This document shows positions 29,297 through 38,897 of a stretch of DNA of 64,000 nt, piece after piece. Under the pieces are notes generated by a model, which saw nothing but the letters and a program-made list of their open reading frames with translations, did no database searches and was not told the DNA's origin. Position numbers and translations under genes: made by a program. Origin of the DNA: Dehalococcoidia bacterium (GTDB lineage: Bacteria; Chloroflexota; Dehalococcoidia; Bin125); the NCBI GenBank assembly GCA_963663895.2, contig CAXXRD010000002.1:416001-480000 (forward strand). The letters run 5' to 3'. How positions within the stretch are numbered: the first letter of the stretch is position 1; each line of letters starts with the position of its first letter.

Positions 29297-30586
29297 ATGT
29301 TCATTTCCTATTTCACGGAGCGGCCCTACCAAGACGAGCAGGGCGAGTACATCAACACGCTGGACCTGGCGAAGAGCAACGCCGACTACAACCCCGTCCT
29401 CGGCGGCGACCTCTATCACCGCTACTTAGACGAGAAGGTGTACGCGGAGGAGATGGGGTTCGACGGGCTGGTGCTGAACGAGCACCACAGCATGCCCGCC
29501 TGCATGGGGGGCGTGATCAACGTGGAAGCGTCGATCCTGGCACGGATCACGAAGCGGGCGAAGATCGTGCTGGCGGGCAATGTGCTGCCGATCTGGGACG
29601 ACCCGCTCTGGCTGGCCGAGACGTTGGCGATGATCGACGTGATCTCGCGGGGACGGTTGGTGTGCGGCTGGGTGCGAGGCACGGGGCGGGAGAGCGTGAC
29701 GCATAACACGCCGTCGCCATACAACTGGGAGCGCTACCAAGAGGCGCACGATCTGATCATGAAAGCGTGGACGGAGCCCGGGCCGTTCCGCTGGGAGAGT
29801 GAGCACTTCGACTACCGGTATGTGAATCCGTGGCCGCGACCGCTCCAGCAGCCCCCGCCGATCTGGATCCCCGGATCGTTGAGCAAGGCGACGGTGAAGT
29901 GGGCGGCGGAACGCCAGTTCCCGTACTTGATGCTGGCGACTGAGCATGAGCCGACGAAGCGATCCTTCGAGTACTACGACGCCTGTGCGCGGGAGGCGGG
30001 ACACGAGACCGGGTCGCAGCACCGGGGATATCTGTTCAAGGTGCACGTGGACGAGACGGAGGAGCTGGCGGAGCAGACGGCGCGCAAGTTCCTGCAGGGG
30101 CCGAGCAATCCGTTCCTGGAAGGGAACCAAGGCCAAGTGCGGGGGTTCATGCAGAATCTGCCGGGGATGAACTCGCGGACGGAGGTGCTGCCGACGATCG
30201 AGACGTGGGCGCCCGCCGTGGCGCGGGGGGCGCAGCGCCAGCACAGGAAGATCTTGGAAAAGAAGAAGATGGCGAAGGGGAAGGATCGCGACTATTCGGG
30301 ATCGTACGAGGAGCAGATCGCGAAGTACACGATCATCGCGGGGACGCCGGATCAGGTGGTGGAGAAGATCCGTCACGTGCTGGAGTATCTGCGTCCGGGG
30401 ATCATCGCGATCTGGGACGGCGACGGGGCGATGTCGCACGAGGACACGATGCGCGCCCTCCGGCTGCTGGGAGAGGAAGTGATCCCGCGCGTGCGGGAGA
30501 TCGGCAAGGAGCTGGATCTGCACTCGCCGTTCGAGGTCAGCCCGGTGACCAACAAGCCGGTCGCGGAAGCGGTGGGAGTGGGGTAG
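29297..30586 (+). CDS. LLM class flavin-dependent oxidoreductase
   Basis: GFDGLVLNEHH, PLWLAETLAMIDVISRGRL, PRPLQQPPPIWIPG. Confidence 0.9.
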   Translation: MFISYFTERPYQDEQGEYINTLDLAKSNADYNPVLGGDLYHRYLDEKVYAEEMGFDGLVLNEHHSMPACMGGVINVEASILARITKRAKIVLAGNVLPIWDDPLWLAETLAMIDVISRGRLVCGWVRGTGRESVTHNTPSPYNWERYQEAHDLIMKAWTEPGPFRWESEHFDYRYVNPWPRPLQQPPPIWIPGSLSKATVKWAAERQFPYLMLATEHEPTKRSFEYYDACAREAGHETGSQHRGYLFKVHVDETEELAEQTARKFLQGPSNPFLEGNQGQVRGFMQNLPGMNSRTEVLPTIETWAPAVARGAQRQHRKILEKKKMAKGKDRDYSGSYEEQIAKYTIIAGTPDQVVEKIRHVLEYLRPGIIAIWDGDGAMSHEDTMRALRLLGEEVIPRVREIGKELDLHSPFEVSPVTNKPVAEAVGVG

Positions 30587-30593
30587 TACGCCG

Positions 30594-31298
30594 CTAGCCG
30601 GGCTTGCGACCGCCGATGAGAACGAGGTCCAGCCGCTTCCAATAGCAGTCGAGCCGCTGGAGTCCGGCTTCGCGCAGCCAGCGGAGGTGATCGCCGAGCG
30701 GTTGTAGCTCGGTGTGCCGAATCTTGGTGCGGTCCCACGGTCGTTCGCCGCGCTCGCGGTGCTCGCGGTCGTCGATCTCCCAGTAGAGCGCCTGCAGGTC
30801 CGGATTGGGTGCGGCGACGATATCCAACTGGAGAAATACGCCGCCGGGGGCGAGGCGCGCGACGATGGCGCGGTAGAGGGAGCGCTTGTGCTCGGGATCG
30901 AGGTGATGAATGGCGAGCGCGGAGACAACGACGTCGTAGGGGCCGTCGAGAGCGTCCGGGAGGGCGCCGCCATCGAAGCTCCCAGTGTGGTAAGCGTAGC
31001 GGCCCTGGTAGGGAGCGAGACGCGCGTGGCCGATGCGCTGCATCTCTTCGGAGATGTCGAGGAGGGTGGCCGTCGCTCGGGGGAAGGCGGCGAGGACGGC
31101 AGCGGCGGCGGCACCGAAGCCGGCGCCGACATCGAGAACGGCGAGCGGATGGTCCTGCGGATGAGGGATGAGCTTGACGAGGAGATCGAACTGCTGGCGG
31201 CGCTCGGCGGCACGGCGATCACTGCGCGCGACGAAGTCGCGGACATTGGCAGGATCGGTCCAGTGGTGACCGGGACCGCCGTTGGGATCGGTGTCCAT
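30594..31298 (-). CDS. Class I SAM-dependent methyltransferase
   Basis: VLDVGAGFG, LLDISEEM, YDVVVSALAIHHL, LAPGGVF. Confidence 0.88.
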   Translation of the reverse strand: MDTDPNGGPGHHWTDPANVRDFVARSDRRAAERRQQFDLLVKLIPHPQDHPLAVLDVGAGFGAAAAAVLAAFPRATATLLDISEEMQRIGHARLAPYQGRYAYHTGSFDGGALPDALDGPYDVVVSALAIHHLDPEHKRSLYRAIVARLAPGGVFLQLDIVAAPNPDLQALYWEIDDREHRERGERPWDRTKIRHTELQPLGDHLRWLREAGLQRLDCYWKRLDLVLIGGRKPG

Positions 31299-32284
31299 CA
31301 CCCGTTGATGTCGACAAGCTCGTAGCGAGGCGGCTCGGCCCAGTTTTCCTGGGGCGGGCTCTCCTGCTGCGCGAGCGCGCGGCGACGGTCTTCCTCTTCG
31401 ATCCTCTTGGCGCGCCGGACGATCTCGCGACGTGTGTGCGCGATGGCTTTCTCGCCGGCGGTCGCGAGGGGATTGACCGTGCGATGCTTGCCGGGGATGA
31501 GGCGGATACGGCCCTCCCGCTGGAGCTGTTGCAGGTGGGCGCGGACGTTGCCGTCCGCAGCACGGCGGAGCTTCCTGTCGATGTCGGTATAGAGGCGCAG
31601 CATGATCTCCCAACTGCTCAGGGGACCGCTGGCTTGGAGGACGGCGAGGATCTGCTCCTCCCGGGTGTCGCGGTGGGTGATGTAGGTGCGGAGACGGTCG
31701 GCGGCATCGTGAACGAGGGGGCCGTGGCCCGGACAGATGAGCTTGAGGTTGGGAAGGGCGGCGAGGCGGCGGAGGGAGGCGCGGTAGGCGGCGAGATCGT
31801 GCACGGTGGTGGTCCCGACGCCGAGGATGGTGTCGCCCGTAAAGAGGACCCCGTCGTCTTCGAGGTAGTAGCAAACGGAGTCGGGAGAGTGGCCGGGAGT
31901 CGCGAGGACTTGGACGGTGAGACCGCCGCCGAGGTCGATCGAGCGGCCATCCTGCAAGTGATCAACGCCAGTAGCGGGGAGACGGTTGCCGAGGAGGTCG
32001 ACACTGCTGTCTGGGACGAGAACCTGCGCGCCGAGCGTCTCCTGAAAATCCTTGAGGTTGCCGCTGTGGTCGAAGTGGTGGTGGGTAATACTGGCCAGGG
32101 CGATCTCCGCGCCCTCGATGGCGGCGAGATAGCCGCGGATCATCCACTTGAATTTGTCAATGGCTTCTCCGGAGTCGATGGCGAGCACTTGGTCTTGGCC
32201 GACGACGTAGATGTTGGTGGAGCGCGGCCGCATGGGGTCGCTCTCGGGGACTGCGACGACGCGGACGTTCGGCGAGATCTGCAT
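31298..32284 (-). CDS. MBL-fold metallo-hydrolase (LACTB2-like)
   Basis: THHHFDHSG, TPGHSPD, FTGD, PGHG. Confidence 0.9.
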   Translation of the reverse strand: MQISPNVRVVAVPESDPMRPRSTNIYVVGQDQVLAIDSGEAIDKFKWMIRGYLAAIEGAEIALASITHHHFDHSGNLKDFQETLGAQVLVPDSSVDLLGNRLPATGVDHLQDGRSIDLGGGLTVQVLATPGHSPDSVCYYLEDDGVLFTGDTILGVGTTTVHDLAAYRASLRRLAALPNLKLICPGHGPLVHDAADRLRTYITHRDTREEQILAVLQASGPLSSWEIMLRLYTDIDRKLRRAADGNVRAHLQQLQREGRIRLIPGKHRTVNPLATAGEKAIAHTRREIVRRAKRIEEEDRRRALAQQESPPQENWAEPPRYELVDING

Positions 32285-32354
32285 CGGAACGCTCCAAGCG
32301 GTGCGGTGATGCTAGCGGAGTGCGGGGGGTGGGCCGCACGGGCTCCTGTGTGCG

Positions 32355-33836
32355 CTAGTTACTGAACCGGGCGGCCGCTCGACCGGCGATCCGGCCGAAG
32401 ACGGCACCGGCCATCAGGCCGGCGCCCCCAGTGTAGTTGTTGAACCAGAGACCGCCGACGAGCTCTCCCGCAGCGTACAGGCCCGCCAGGGGACGCTCTT
32501 CCGTATCGAGAACGGCGGCGGTCGTGGGGACGATCTTGAGGCCGCCGAAGGTGAAAGTGATGCCACAGGTGACGGCGAAGCCGAGGTACGGCGGGGAGTC
32601 GAGCGGGAGGGCCCAATTGGATTTGGGCGGATGCAGGCCCTCGGTGGCGAGACCGTCACACGCGGAGGGATCGAAGCGTTCACGGACGTCCGGAGGCGGA
32701 CAGGCAGCGTTGTAGGCGCGGACCGTACGCGCGAGGCCGCGGGGATCGACGCCGAGCGTTTCGGCGAGCTGGGAGAGGGTGGCGGCTTCGGCCTTGGTGA
32801 CTTGGCGGATGCGGTATTCGTCGCGGAGGAGGGGGACGGCTTTCTGGTCGAAGAGCTGGAATGCGACGCGCTGGGGCTGGGCGAGGATGGCGGCGCCGTA
32901 CTTGGCGTACGTGTAATTACGCAGGTCCGCCCCTTCGTCGAGGAAGCGGTCCCCGTTGCGATTGACGACGAGGCCGTAGGGGTAGGAGTGCTTCTGATAG
33001 AGGTCGCCGAGAGCACGGTTGCCGGTAGGTGGGGCGTTGAGGTCCCACGCGACGGCGTGCGCACCCGACCAATGCCCGTGGGGCTGCGCGCCGGCGTCGA
33101 GCGCGAAGCGGATGGCGTCGCCGGTGTTGAAGCGCGTGCCGCGAACCTTGGCAAGGTCCCACCCAGGCCCGAGATAGCGAGCACGCATCTCGGTGTTGGC
33201 CTCGAAGCCGCCGGCAGCGAGAACGACGGCGTCTGCTTCGAGGCATTCCTCGCGATCGGGGGTGGCGACGGCCACGCCAGTGATGCAGGGCCCTGTCCGC
33301 AGCAGGCGGATCGCTTTGCTCTCGTAGCGCAGAGTGATCCCGGCGCGCTCGGCAGCGGTGAAGAGCGCGTCGGAGAGACCTTGGCCGCCGCCGACCGCCT
33401 CGACGATGAGGCCGCCGTAGAAGCGAAGCAGGCCGCGGACGCTGTGTGCTTGCCGCCCGTACATGAGGGTCCAACGCAGACCCTGCTCACGAAGCCAGAT
33501 CATAGTGGGAAGGGCGTTGTGGACGAGCGTATGGGCGAGGGCGTCGTCGACGAGGCCGTCGGTGACACGGGCGAGGTCGGCGCGGAACTGCGCGACGGGG
33601 TAAGCGCCGACGTGGATGCGGGCGGCTTCGTCGTCGGAGAGGTCGGGAATAAGGAGCCGCAGGGTCTCGAGGCCATCGTAAGGAAAGCGAAAGCCCCCGC
33701 CGGCGAAGAAGGTGTTGCCGCCACGCTCGGCGCGGGGAGCCTTCTCAAGGACGGTGACACTCGCGCCTGCCTCGCGGGCAGCGAGGGCAGCGCAGAGGGC
33801 GGCGTTCCCGGCACCGACCACTATGACGTGCGGCAT
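32355..33836 (-). CDS. tcuA: FAD-dependent tricarballylate dehydrogenase TcuA-like
   Basis: VVGAGNAALCAA, RGGNT, GGFEAN, RFLDEG, GITFTFGGL, NYTGGAGLMAGAVFGR. Confidence 0.85.
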   Translation of the reverse strand: MPHVIVVGAGNAALCAALAAREAGASVTVLEKAPRAERGGNTFFAGGGFRFPYDGLETLRLLIPDLSDDEAARIHVGAYPVAQFRADLARVTDGLVDDALAHTLVHNALPTMIWLREQGLRWTLMYGRQAHSVRGLLRFYGGLIVEAVGGGQGLSDALFTAAERAGITLRYESKAIRLLRTGPCITGVAVATPDREECLEADAVVLAAGGFEANTEMRARYLGPGWDLAKVRGTRFNTGDAIRFALDAGAQPHGHWSGAHAVAWDLNAPPTGNRALGDLYQKHSYPYGLVVNRNGDRFLDEGADLRNYTYAKYGAAILAQPQRVAFQLFDQKAVPLLRDEYRIRQVTKAEAATLSQLAETLGVDPRGLARTVRAYNAACPPPDVRERFDPSACDGLATEGLHPPKSNWALPLDSPPYLGFAVTCGITFTFGGLKIVPTTAAVLDTEERPLAGLYAAGELVGGLWFNNYTGGAGLMAGAVFGRIAGRAAARFSN

Positions 33837-33918
33837 GCGCGCTTCGCTCTCGCCGTCCGATCCAAGCGCCGATTTCGGATACGATCGGGTAGCTTCGCCA
33901 TGCTACTGGAGGTGCTCT

Positions 33919-35097
33919 GTGGCCGGTCCGCTCGCCGGGGTCAAGATTTTGGATTTCACACGCTATCAGCAGGGGCCGTACGCCACAGTGATGCTGTCCG
34001 ATTTAGGGGCGACGGTACTGAAGGTGGAGCCCCGGGAAGGCGATCCCGGCCGCAGCCTGGGACTGAAACCGGACGGATGGTGTGCCTATTTTGAGGCGCA
34101 CGACCGCAACAAGCGATCGATCACGATCGACGTGCGGAAGCCGGAAGGGAAAGCGATCGTTTACAAGCTGGTGCAAGAATACGACGTGGTGACGGACAAC
34201 TTCCGTCCCTCGGTCATGAAACGGCTGGGGTTGGATTATGACGCCTTCAGCAAGATCAACCCGCGGGTGATCACGGCGACGGCGACGGGGTTTGGGCCTG
34301 AGGGACCGTACGCGCACCGGCCGTCGTTTGATTCGATCGGGCAAGCGATGGGTGGGATTATGAGCGTACAGGGCGGCGGGCCCGATGAGCCGCCGGAAGA
34401 CGTGATGGGAGGATTGGCGGATCAAGTGGGGGCGATGGTGTTTGCGCTGGGGATCTCGTCCGCGATTATCGCGCGGGAACGGCAGGGGATCGGACAGCAT
34501 GTGGACGTGTCGCTGTTCGGCTCGCAACTGGCGCTCCAGACGTACCAGCTGACGGGGATGATGCGGGACGGGTCGCAGCACAAGACCCCGCACCGCTTGA
34601 TGCCGACGTTCACCTACTACCGCTGCCAGGACGGAAAATACCTTTCGCTTGGGATCTTGATCCCGAAGTGGTGGGAAGCGCTCTGCCGGATACTGGGCCG
34701 CGAGGATCTGAGCCGGGACGAGCGCTTTGAGGACGCGCACCGCCGCCAGCGCAATCGCGAAGCGCTGCTGGCGGAGTTGGATGCGGCCTTCCAGCAGCGA
34801 CCGCGCGAGGAGTGGCTGGCGCTGCTGATGGACGCGGACGTGCCGTGCGGACCGGTCAACGACTACGCGGCGCTGGCGACGGAGCCCCAGGCGCTGGAGA
34901 ACGGGTACATCGCTTCGCTTGAGCATCCGTCGTTGGGGAGGGTGGGCGTCGTCGGGAGTCCGATCAAGATGACGAAGACGCCCGCGGGGCCGGCCGCCTG
35001 CGCGCCGGAGCTGGGGCAGCACACGGAGGAGGTGCTGCTGGAGTTGGGCTACGACTGGGCGGCGATCGAGCGGTTGAAGGTGGCGGAAGTTATCTAA
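33919..35097 (+). CDS. Class III CoA-transferase
   Basis: PLAGVKILDFT..QGP, DRNKRSI, DNFRP, GLADQ, APELGQHT. Confidence 0.92.
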   Translation: MAGPLAGVKILDFTRYQQGPYATVMLSDLGATVLKVEPREGDPGRSLGLKPDGWCAYFEAHDRNKRSITIDVRKPEGKAIVYKLVQEYDVVTDNFRPSVMKRLGLDYDAFSKINPRVITATATGFGPEGPYAHRPSFDSIGQAMGGIMSVQGGGPDEPPEDVMGGLADQVGAMVFALGISSAIIARERQGIGQHVDVSLFGSQLALQTYQLTGMMRDGSQHKTPHRLMPTFTYYRCQDGKYLSLGILIPKWWEALCRILGREDLSRDERFEDAHRRQRNREALLAELDAAFQQRPREEWLALLMDADVPCGPVNDYAALATEPQALENGYIASLEHPSLGRVGVVGSPIKMTKTPAGPAACAPELGQHTEEVLLELGYDWAAIERLKVAEVI

Positions 35098-35202
35098 GGG
35101 TAGACGCCGGTGGCGGTGCGGGGAGGGCGGGCGCGCGGCGGCCCTCTTGTTGCCTGCGCGTGGGGGCGGCGAGTGGCTCGTGGCCGCCATCACGCGCCCT
35201 GA

Positions 35203-36873
35203 TCACAAGTAGGAGGAGCGCCCGCTCTCGTTGGGGTCGGTGAGGACGTTGACGACGGCGACGGCGTTGGAGTCGAGGGCGCGCCGAATGGCGGGGACGA
35301 TCTCGGCGGGATCGGTGACGCGCTCGCCGTAGCCGCCGACCATCTGCGCCATCTGTTCGTAGTGCGCGGGAATGAGAGCGGCGATGGGGGGGGCGCCCGG
35401 CGGGAGGAGGCGATCTTGGATGGCGTGGCCGGTGACGCCGGCGTTGTTGGCGATCACGAATACGACGTTGGCGCCGACGCGCGCGGCGGTTTCGATCTCG
35501 TTGCAGCCTGCGCCGAAGGCGTAGTCGCCAACGATGGCGACGGCTTGCTCGTCGGGCCGAGCCAGCTTCGCGCCGATGGCGTAGGGGACGCCGGTGCCGA
35601 CGCAGCCAGTCGGACCGGCGTTGAGGCGGCGACGCGGGTGGTAGCTGGGGAGCAGCATGCGGGCCATGGCCATAGTGAGCTCGCCGTCGGCGGCGATGCT
35701 GGCGCCGCGTTCGATGGTGTCGCGAAGATCACGGAGGAGGCGGTGATGGTTGATGGGGACGCGGTCCGAGTCCATGGGCTCGGCAACGGCGGCCTCGTTC
35801 TTGCGGCAGGCCTCTTGCAGGACGGCGGTCCACTGGCGCTGCTCGGCCCGCAGCGAGCGGGGAGTGAGCGCGTCGGCCAGGGAGGCGGCGGTCGCGGCAC
35901 AGTCCGCGACGATGCCGAGCTCGACGTCGGCGCCGCTGTACATCTCTTCGGGGACGATGTCGACTTGCACGATGCGGACGCCGGGAGCGTATTTCCTCGG
36001 GTTGCCGAGTTGGAAGATCCAGTTGAAGCGGGCGCCCATGGCGAGGAGGACGTCGGCTTGCGAGAGGGCAGTGGTGCGGGCTGCGTTGACGCACAGAGGA
36101 TGGTCGTCCGGGATGGCGCCACGACCGGTGGGAGAAGCGACGAAGGGAATGCCGAGATCGACGAGGCGTTGGATCTGCGGGCCGGCGTCGGCCCAGGCAG
36201 CGCCTTTGCCGATAAGGATGAGGGGGCGCTCGGCGGCGGCGAGCATGCCGGCGACGGCGTCGATGGCGGCGGGATCCGGCTGGGGTGGGGCGAGGGCGGG
36301 CGTTGCAGCGCGGAAGCGGACGCGCTCCTCGGGGATCTGCTGGGTGATCAGCTCGCCAGGAAAATCAAGATAGACGGCTCCCGGACGGCCAGCCATGGCG
36401 TTGCCGAGCGCCAGGTGCATGTACTCCGGGATGCGACGGACGCTATCGGCTTGGAGGGTCCACTTGCAGGCGGGGGCGGCGTAGGCGACCTGGTCGATCT
36501 CTTGGAAGCCGCCAAAGCCGCGAGTCGAGCTGCGTGCCGATCCGCCGAGGACGACGAGCGGCATCCCGCTTTCGTTGGCAACGTACATCGGTGTGACGGC
36601 GTTGGTCATTCCGGGACCGCTGCCGACGACGAGGACCCCGGGTTTGCGGTTGACGTAGCCCCAAGCAGCCGCCATGAAGCCGGCAGTGCCCTCGTGGCGA
36701 CAGCTGATGACGCGCAAGCCCGCGTTGTGGAGCTCGGCGATCGTTTCCACCATCGGACCGCCGATGATGCCGAAGACGGTATCGACGCCGGCGCGGACGA
36801 GCTCTTCGGCGATCAGTTGCGCGCCGCTTTTTAGGGAAGTCACGCCTTCGGGATCCTTGCTGCGGCGCTCCAC
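35203..36873 (-). CDS. ThDP-dependent enzyme (oxalyl-CoA decarboxylase / 2-hydroxyacyl-CoA lyase-like)
   Basis: CRHE, GGFQEIDQ, GRPGAVYLDFP, IGKGAAW, RLNAG, GDYAFG..NN. Confidence 0.85.
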   Translation of the reverse strand: MERRSKDPEGVTSLKSGAQLIAEELVRAGVDTVFGIIGGPMVETIAELHNAGLRVISCRHEGTAGFMAAAWGYVNRKPGVLVVGSGPGMTNAVTPMYVANESGMPLVVLGGSARSSTRGFGGFQEIDQVAYAAPACKWTLQADSVRRIPEYMHLALGNAMAGRPGAVYLDFPGELITQQIPEERVRFRAATPALAPPQPDPAAIDAVAGMLAAAERPLILIGKGAAWADAGPQIQRLVDLGIPFVASPTGRGAIPDDHPLCVNAARTTALSQADVLLAMGARFNWIFQLGNPRKYAPGVRIVQVDIVPEEMYSGADVELGIVADCAATAASLADALTPRSLRAEQRQWTAVLQEACRKNEAAVAEPMDSDRVPINHHRLLRDLRDTIERGASIAADGELTMAMARMLLPSYHPRRRLNAGPTGCVGTGVPYAIGAKLARPDEQAVAIVGDYAFGAGCNEIETAARVGANVVFVIANNAGVTGHAIQDRLLPPGAPPIAALIPAHYEQMAQMVGGYGERVTDPAEIVPAIRRALDSNAVAVVNVLTDPNESGRSSYL

Positions 36874-36935
36874 CTTCCAGGGGTTCGGCCGCTCAACCGC
36901 GACGGGAGAGCGGATCCGTGACGTACGCGCACGGC

Positions 36936-37337
36936 TCAGCTACCCGCCTTCTCCATGGCTTTCGCAAGGAACTTCTCCATCGAACCGAGGATGAAGCGCT
37001 CGTGGGTCCCTTTGGCGACCTGGTCTTTCTCATCGCGGGCCTCGACGGCGAAGACCAGGCGGCGGCCGTCGACTTCGGTGAGCTCCGCCTTGGCAGTGAC
37101 GGTCATGCCAACAGGGGTGGGAGCGAGGTGCTGGACATTGAGGCTGGTGCCAACGGTGCCTTGGCCCGGGTCGAGGTTGGAGGCAACGCACTTGATGCAA
37201 GCTTCCTCAAGAAGACCGAAGAGCATGGGGGAGGCGTAGACCTTGGCGCCAGGGTTGCCGAGGCGGTCGGCGGTCATCGCTTCGGTGACGGTGCGGTCCA
37301 TGTGCGCGGTCTGGCCGACCGCGGGCGGTGCTGCCAT
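36936..37337 (-). CDS. Hot-dog thioesterase (FlK-like)
   Basis: VYASPMLFGLLEEAC, TVGTSLNVQHLAPTPVG, GTHERFI. Confidence 0.88.
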   Translation of the reverse strand: MAAPPAVGQTAHMDRTVTEAMTADRLGNPGAKVYASPMLFGLLEEACIKCVASNLDPGQGTVGTSLNVQHLAPTPVGMTVTAKAELTEVDGRRLVFAVEARDEKDQVAKGTHERFILGSMEKFLAKAMEKAGS

Positions 37338-37586
37338 GCTGTTCCTCCATAGCTGCGAGGGAGCGCTGGGTGGACCCGGGCGTTCGTCCTCGATCGTCTC
37401 TACGCGGGCCGATGCTCCTTCAGGCACTAGCACGTCGTCGCCGACGATAGACGGCGCGAGCCGCGAGGGCTAGTGATCCTTTCGAGCCGGGGCCGCGCCG
37501 GCCGTGCGACCGAGCGGACCGTCCCGACGATGCCGGACGGCGGCGTGCCGAAGAGCCCCGCCGGAGATGCCGCGTAGACTAGCGGC

Positions 37587-38897
37587 ATGCACATGAGCGG
37601 CCGGTTCCCAAAGCTGTATTACGGCTGGTACATCGTTGCGGCGGGGTGGGGGGTGCAGATCCTGGTGGGAGCGCTGATGTTCCAAGCGTATGGGTCCTAC
37701 GCAGCGGTGATGCGGGAGGAGTTCGGCTGGAGCAAGACGATGTTCTCGGCAGCGTTCTCGATGTCGCAAGCGGAGAGCGGGGTGCTGGGGCCGGTGCAGG
37801 GACGGTTGATGGATCGGTTCGGGCCGCGGATCGTGTCGCAGATTGGGGTGGTGATCTTCGGGGGCGGGTTCATGCTCTTCAGCCAAGTGGACTCGCTGGC
37901 GTTTTTCTTCGTGGCGTTTTTCTTCGTGGCGATGGGAGCAGCCCTGTCGGGATTCATGTCGTTCACGATCGCGATCGTGAACTGGTTCGAGCGCCGACGA
38001 TCAATAGCGCTGGGGATCATGCTGTCGGGGCTAGCAGTCGGAGGACTGATCGTGCCGGCCGTGGTGCTGTCGTTGGAGCACCTGGGCTGGCGCGACACGG
38101 CGTTCGGGTCCGGGGTCATCATCCTGGCGGCGGGGTTGCCGCTGACGCTCGTACTGCGGCACCGGCCGGAGCAGTACGGGTACCAGATCGACGGAGTGAG
38201 TCAGAAGGAGCGCGAGGCGCGCCGCGTCGTCGCACAAGCGCCGCACGAATTCACGCCACGGGAGGCCCTGCGCACGCCCGTGTTCTGGTACCTCTCGCTG
38301 GGCCACGCGGCGGCGCTACTCGTCGTATCGGCGGTGCTCGTGCACATGGTGCTGCACGTGAACGAGAACCTTGGCTACTCCCTGGCAACGGCGGGGGCGA
38401 TGACGGCGCTGCTGACCGCGTCGATGATAGTGGGGCTGATCGGCGGCGGCGGGATCGGGGACCGGTTCAATAAGCGGACGCTGATCGTGGGGTGCATGGC
38501 CGGGCACACCGGCGGGCTGTTGCTGCTGGCCTACGCGAGCGATCTCTGGATGGTGGCCCTCTTCGCGATCCTGCACGGGATGGCGTGGGGAACGCGCGCG
38601 CCGGTGCTGCAGTCGATCCGGGCGGACTACTTCGGGCGGGCAGCGTTCGGGACGATCACGGGATTGTCGACCTTCATCTCATTGTTGGGGATGATGTTGG
38701 GCCCCATCATCGCCGGGGTCCTGGCGGACGAGACGGGCAGCTACGAAGTGGGGTTCACGGCGCTCGCGATCGTGGCCGGGATCGGCGCGGTGTTCTTCTT
38801 CCTGGCGCACCCGCCGCATCCTCCGGCGGATCAGACCGCGCCCAGCGAGGAAGGGTACCAAGGGTTGGGAGTCGCGTCGGCCGGGAGCGAAGGCTAG
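37587..38897 (+). CDS. MFS transporter
   Basis: ~12 hydrophobic segments, GRLMDRFGPR and GDRFNKR loops, YYGWYIV start. Confidence 0.92.
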   Translation: MHMSGRFPKLYYGWYIVAAGWGVQILVGALMFQAYGSYAAVMREEFGWSKTMFSAAFSMSQAESGVLGPVQGRLMDRFGPRIVSQIGVVIFGGGFMLFSQVDSLAFFFVAFFFVAMGAALSGFMSFTIAIVNWFERRRSIALGIMLSGLAVGGLIVPAVVLSLEHLGWRDTAFGSGVIILAAGLPLTLVLRHRPEQYGYQIDGVSQKEREARRVVAQAPHEFTPREALRTPVFWYLSLGHAAALLVVSAVLVHMVLHVNENLGYSLATAGAMTALLTASMIVGLIGGGGIGDRFNKRTLIVGCMAGHTGGLLLLAYASDLWMVALFAILHGMAWGTRAPVLQSIRADYFGRAAFGTITGLSTFISLLGMMLGPIIAGVLADETGSYEVGFTALAIVAGIGAVFFFLAHPPHPPADQTAPSEEGYQGLGVASAGSEG

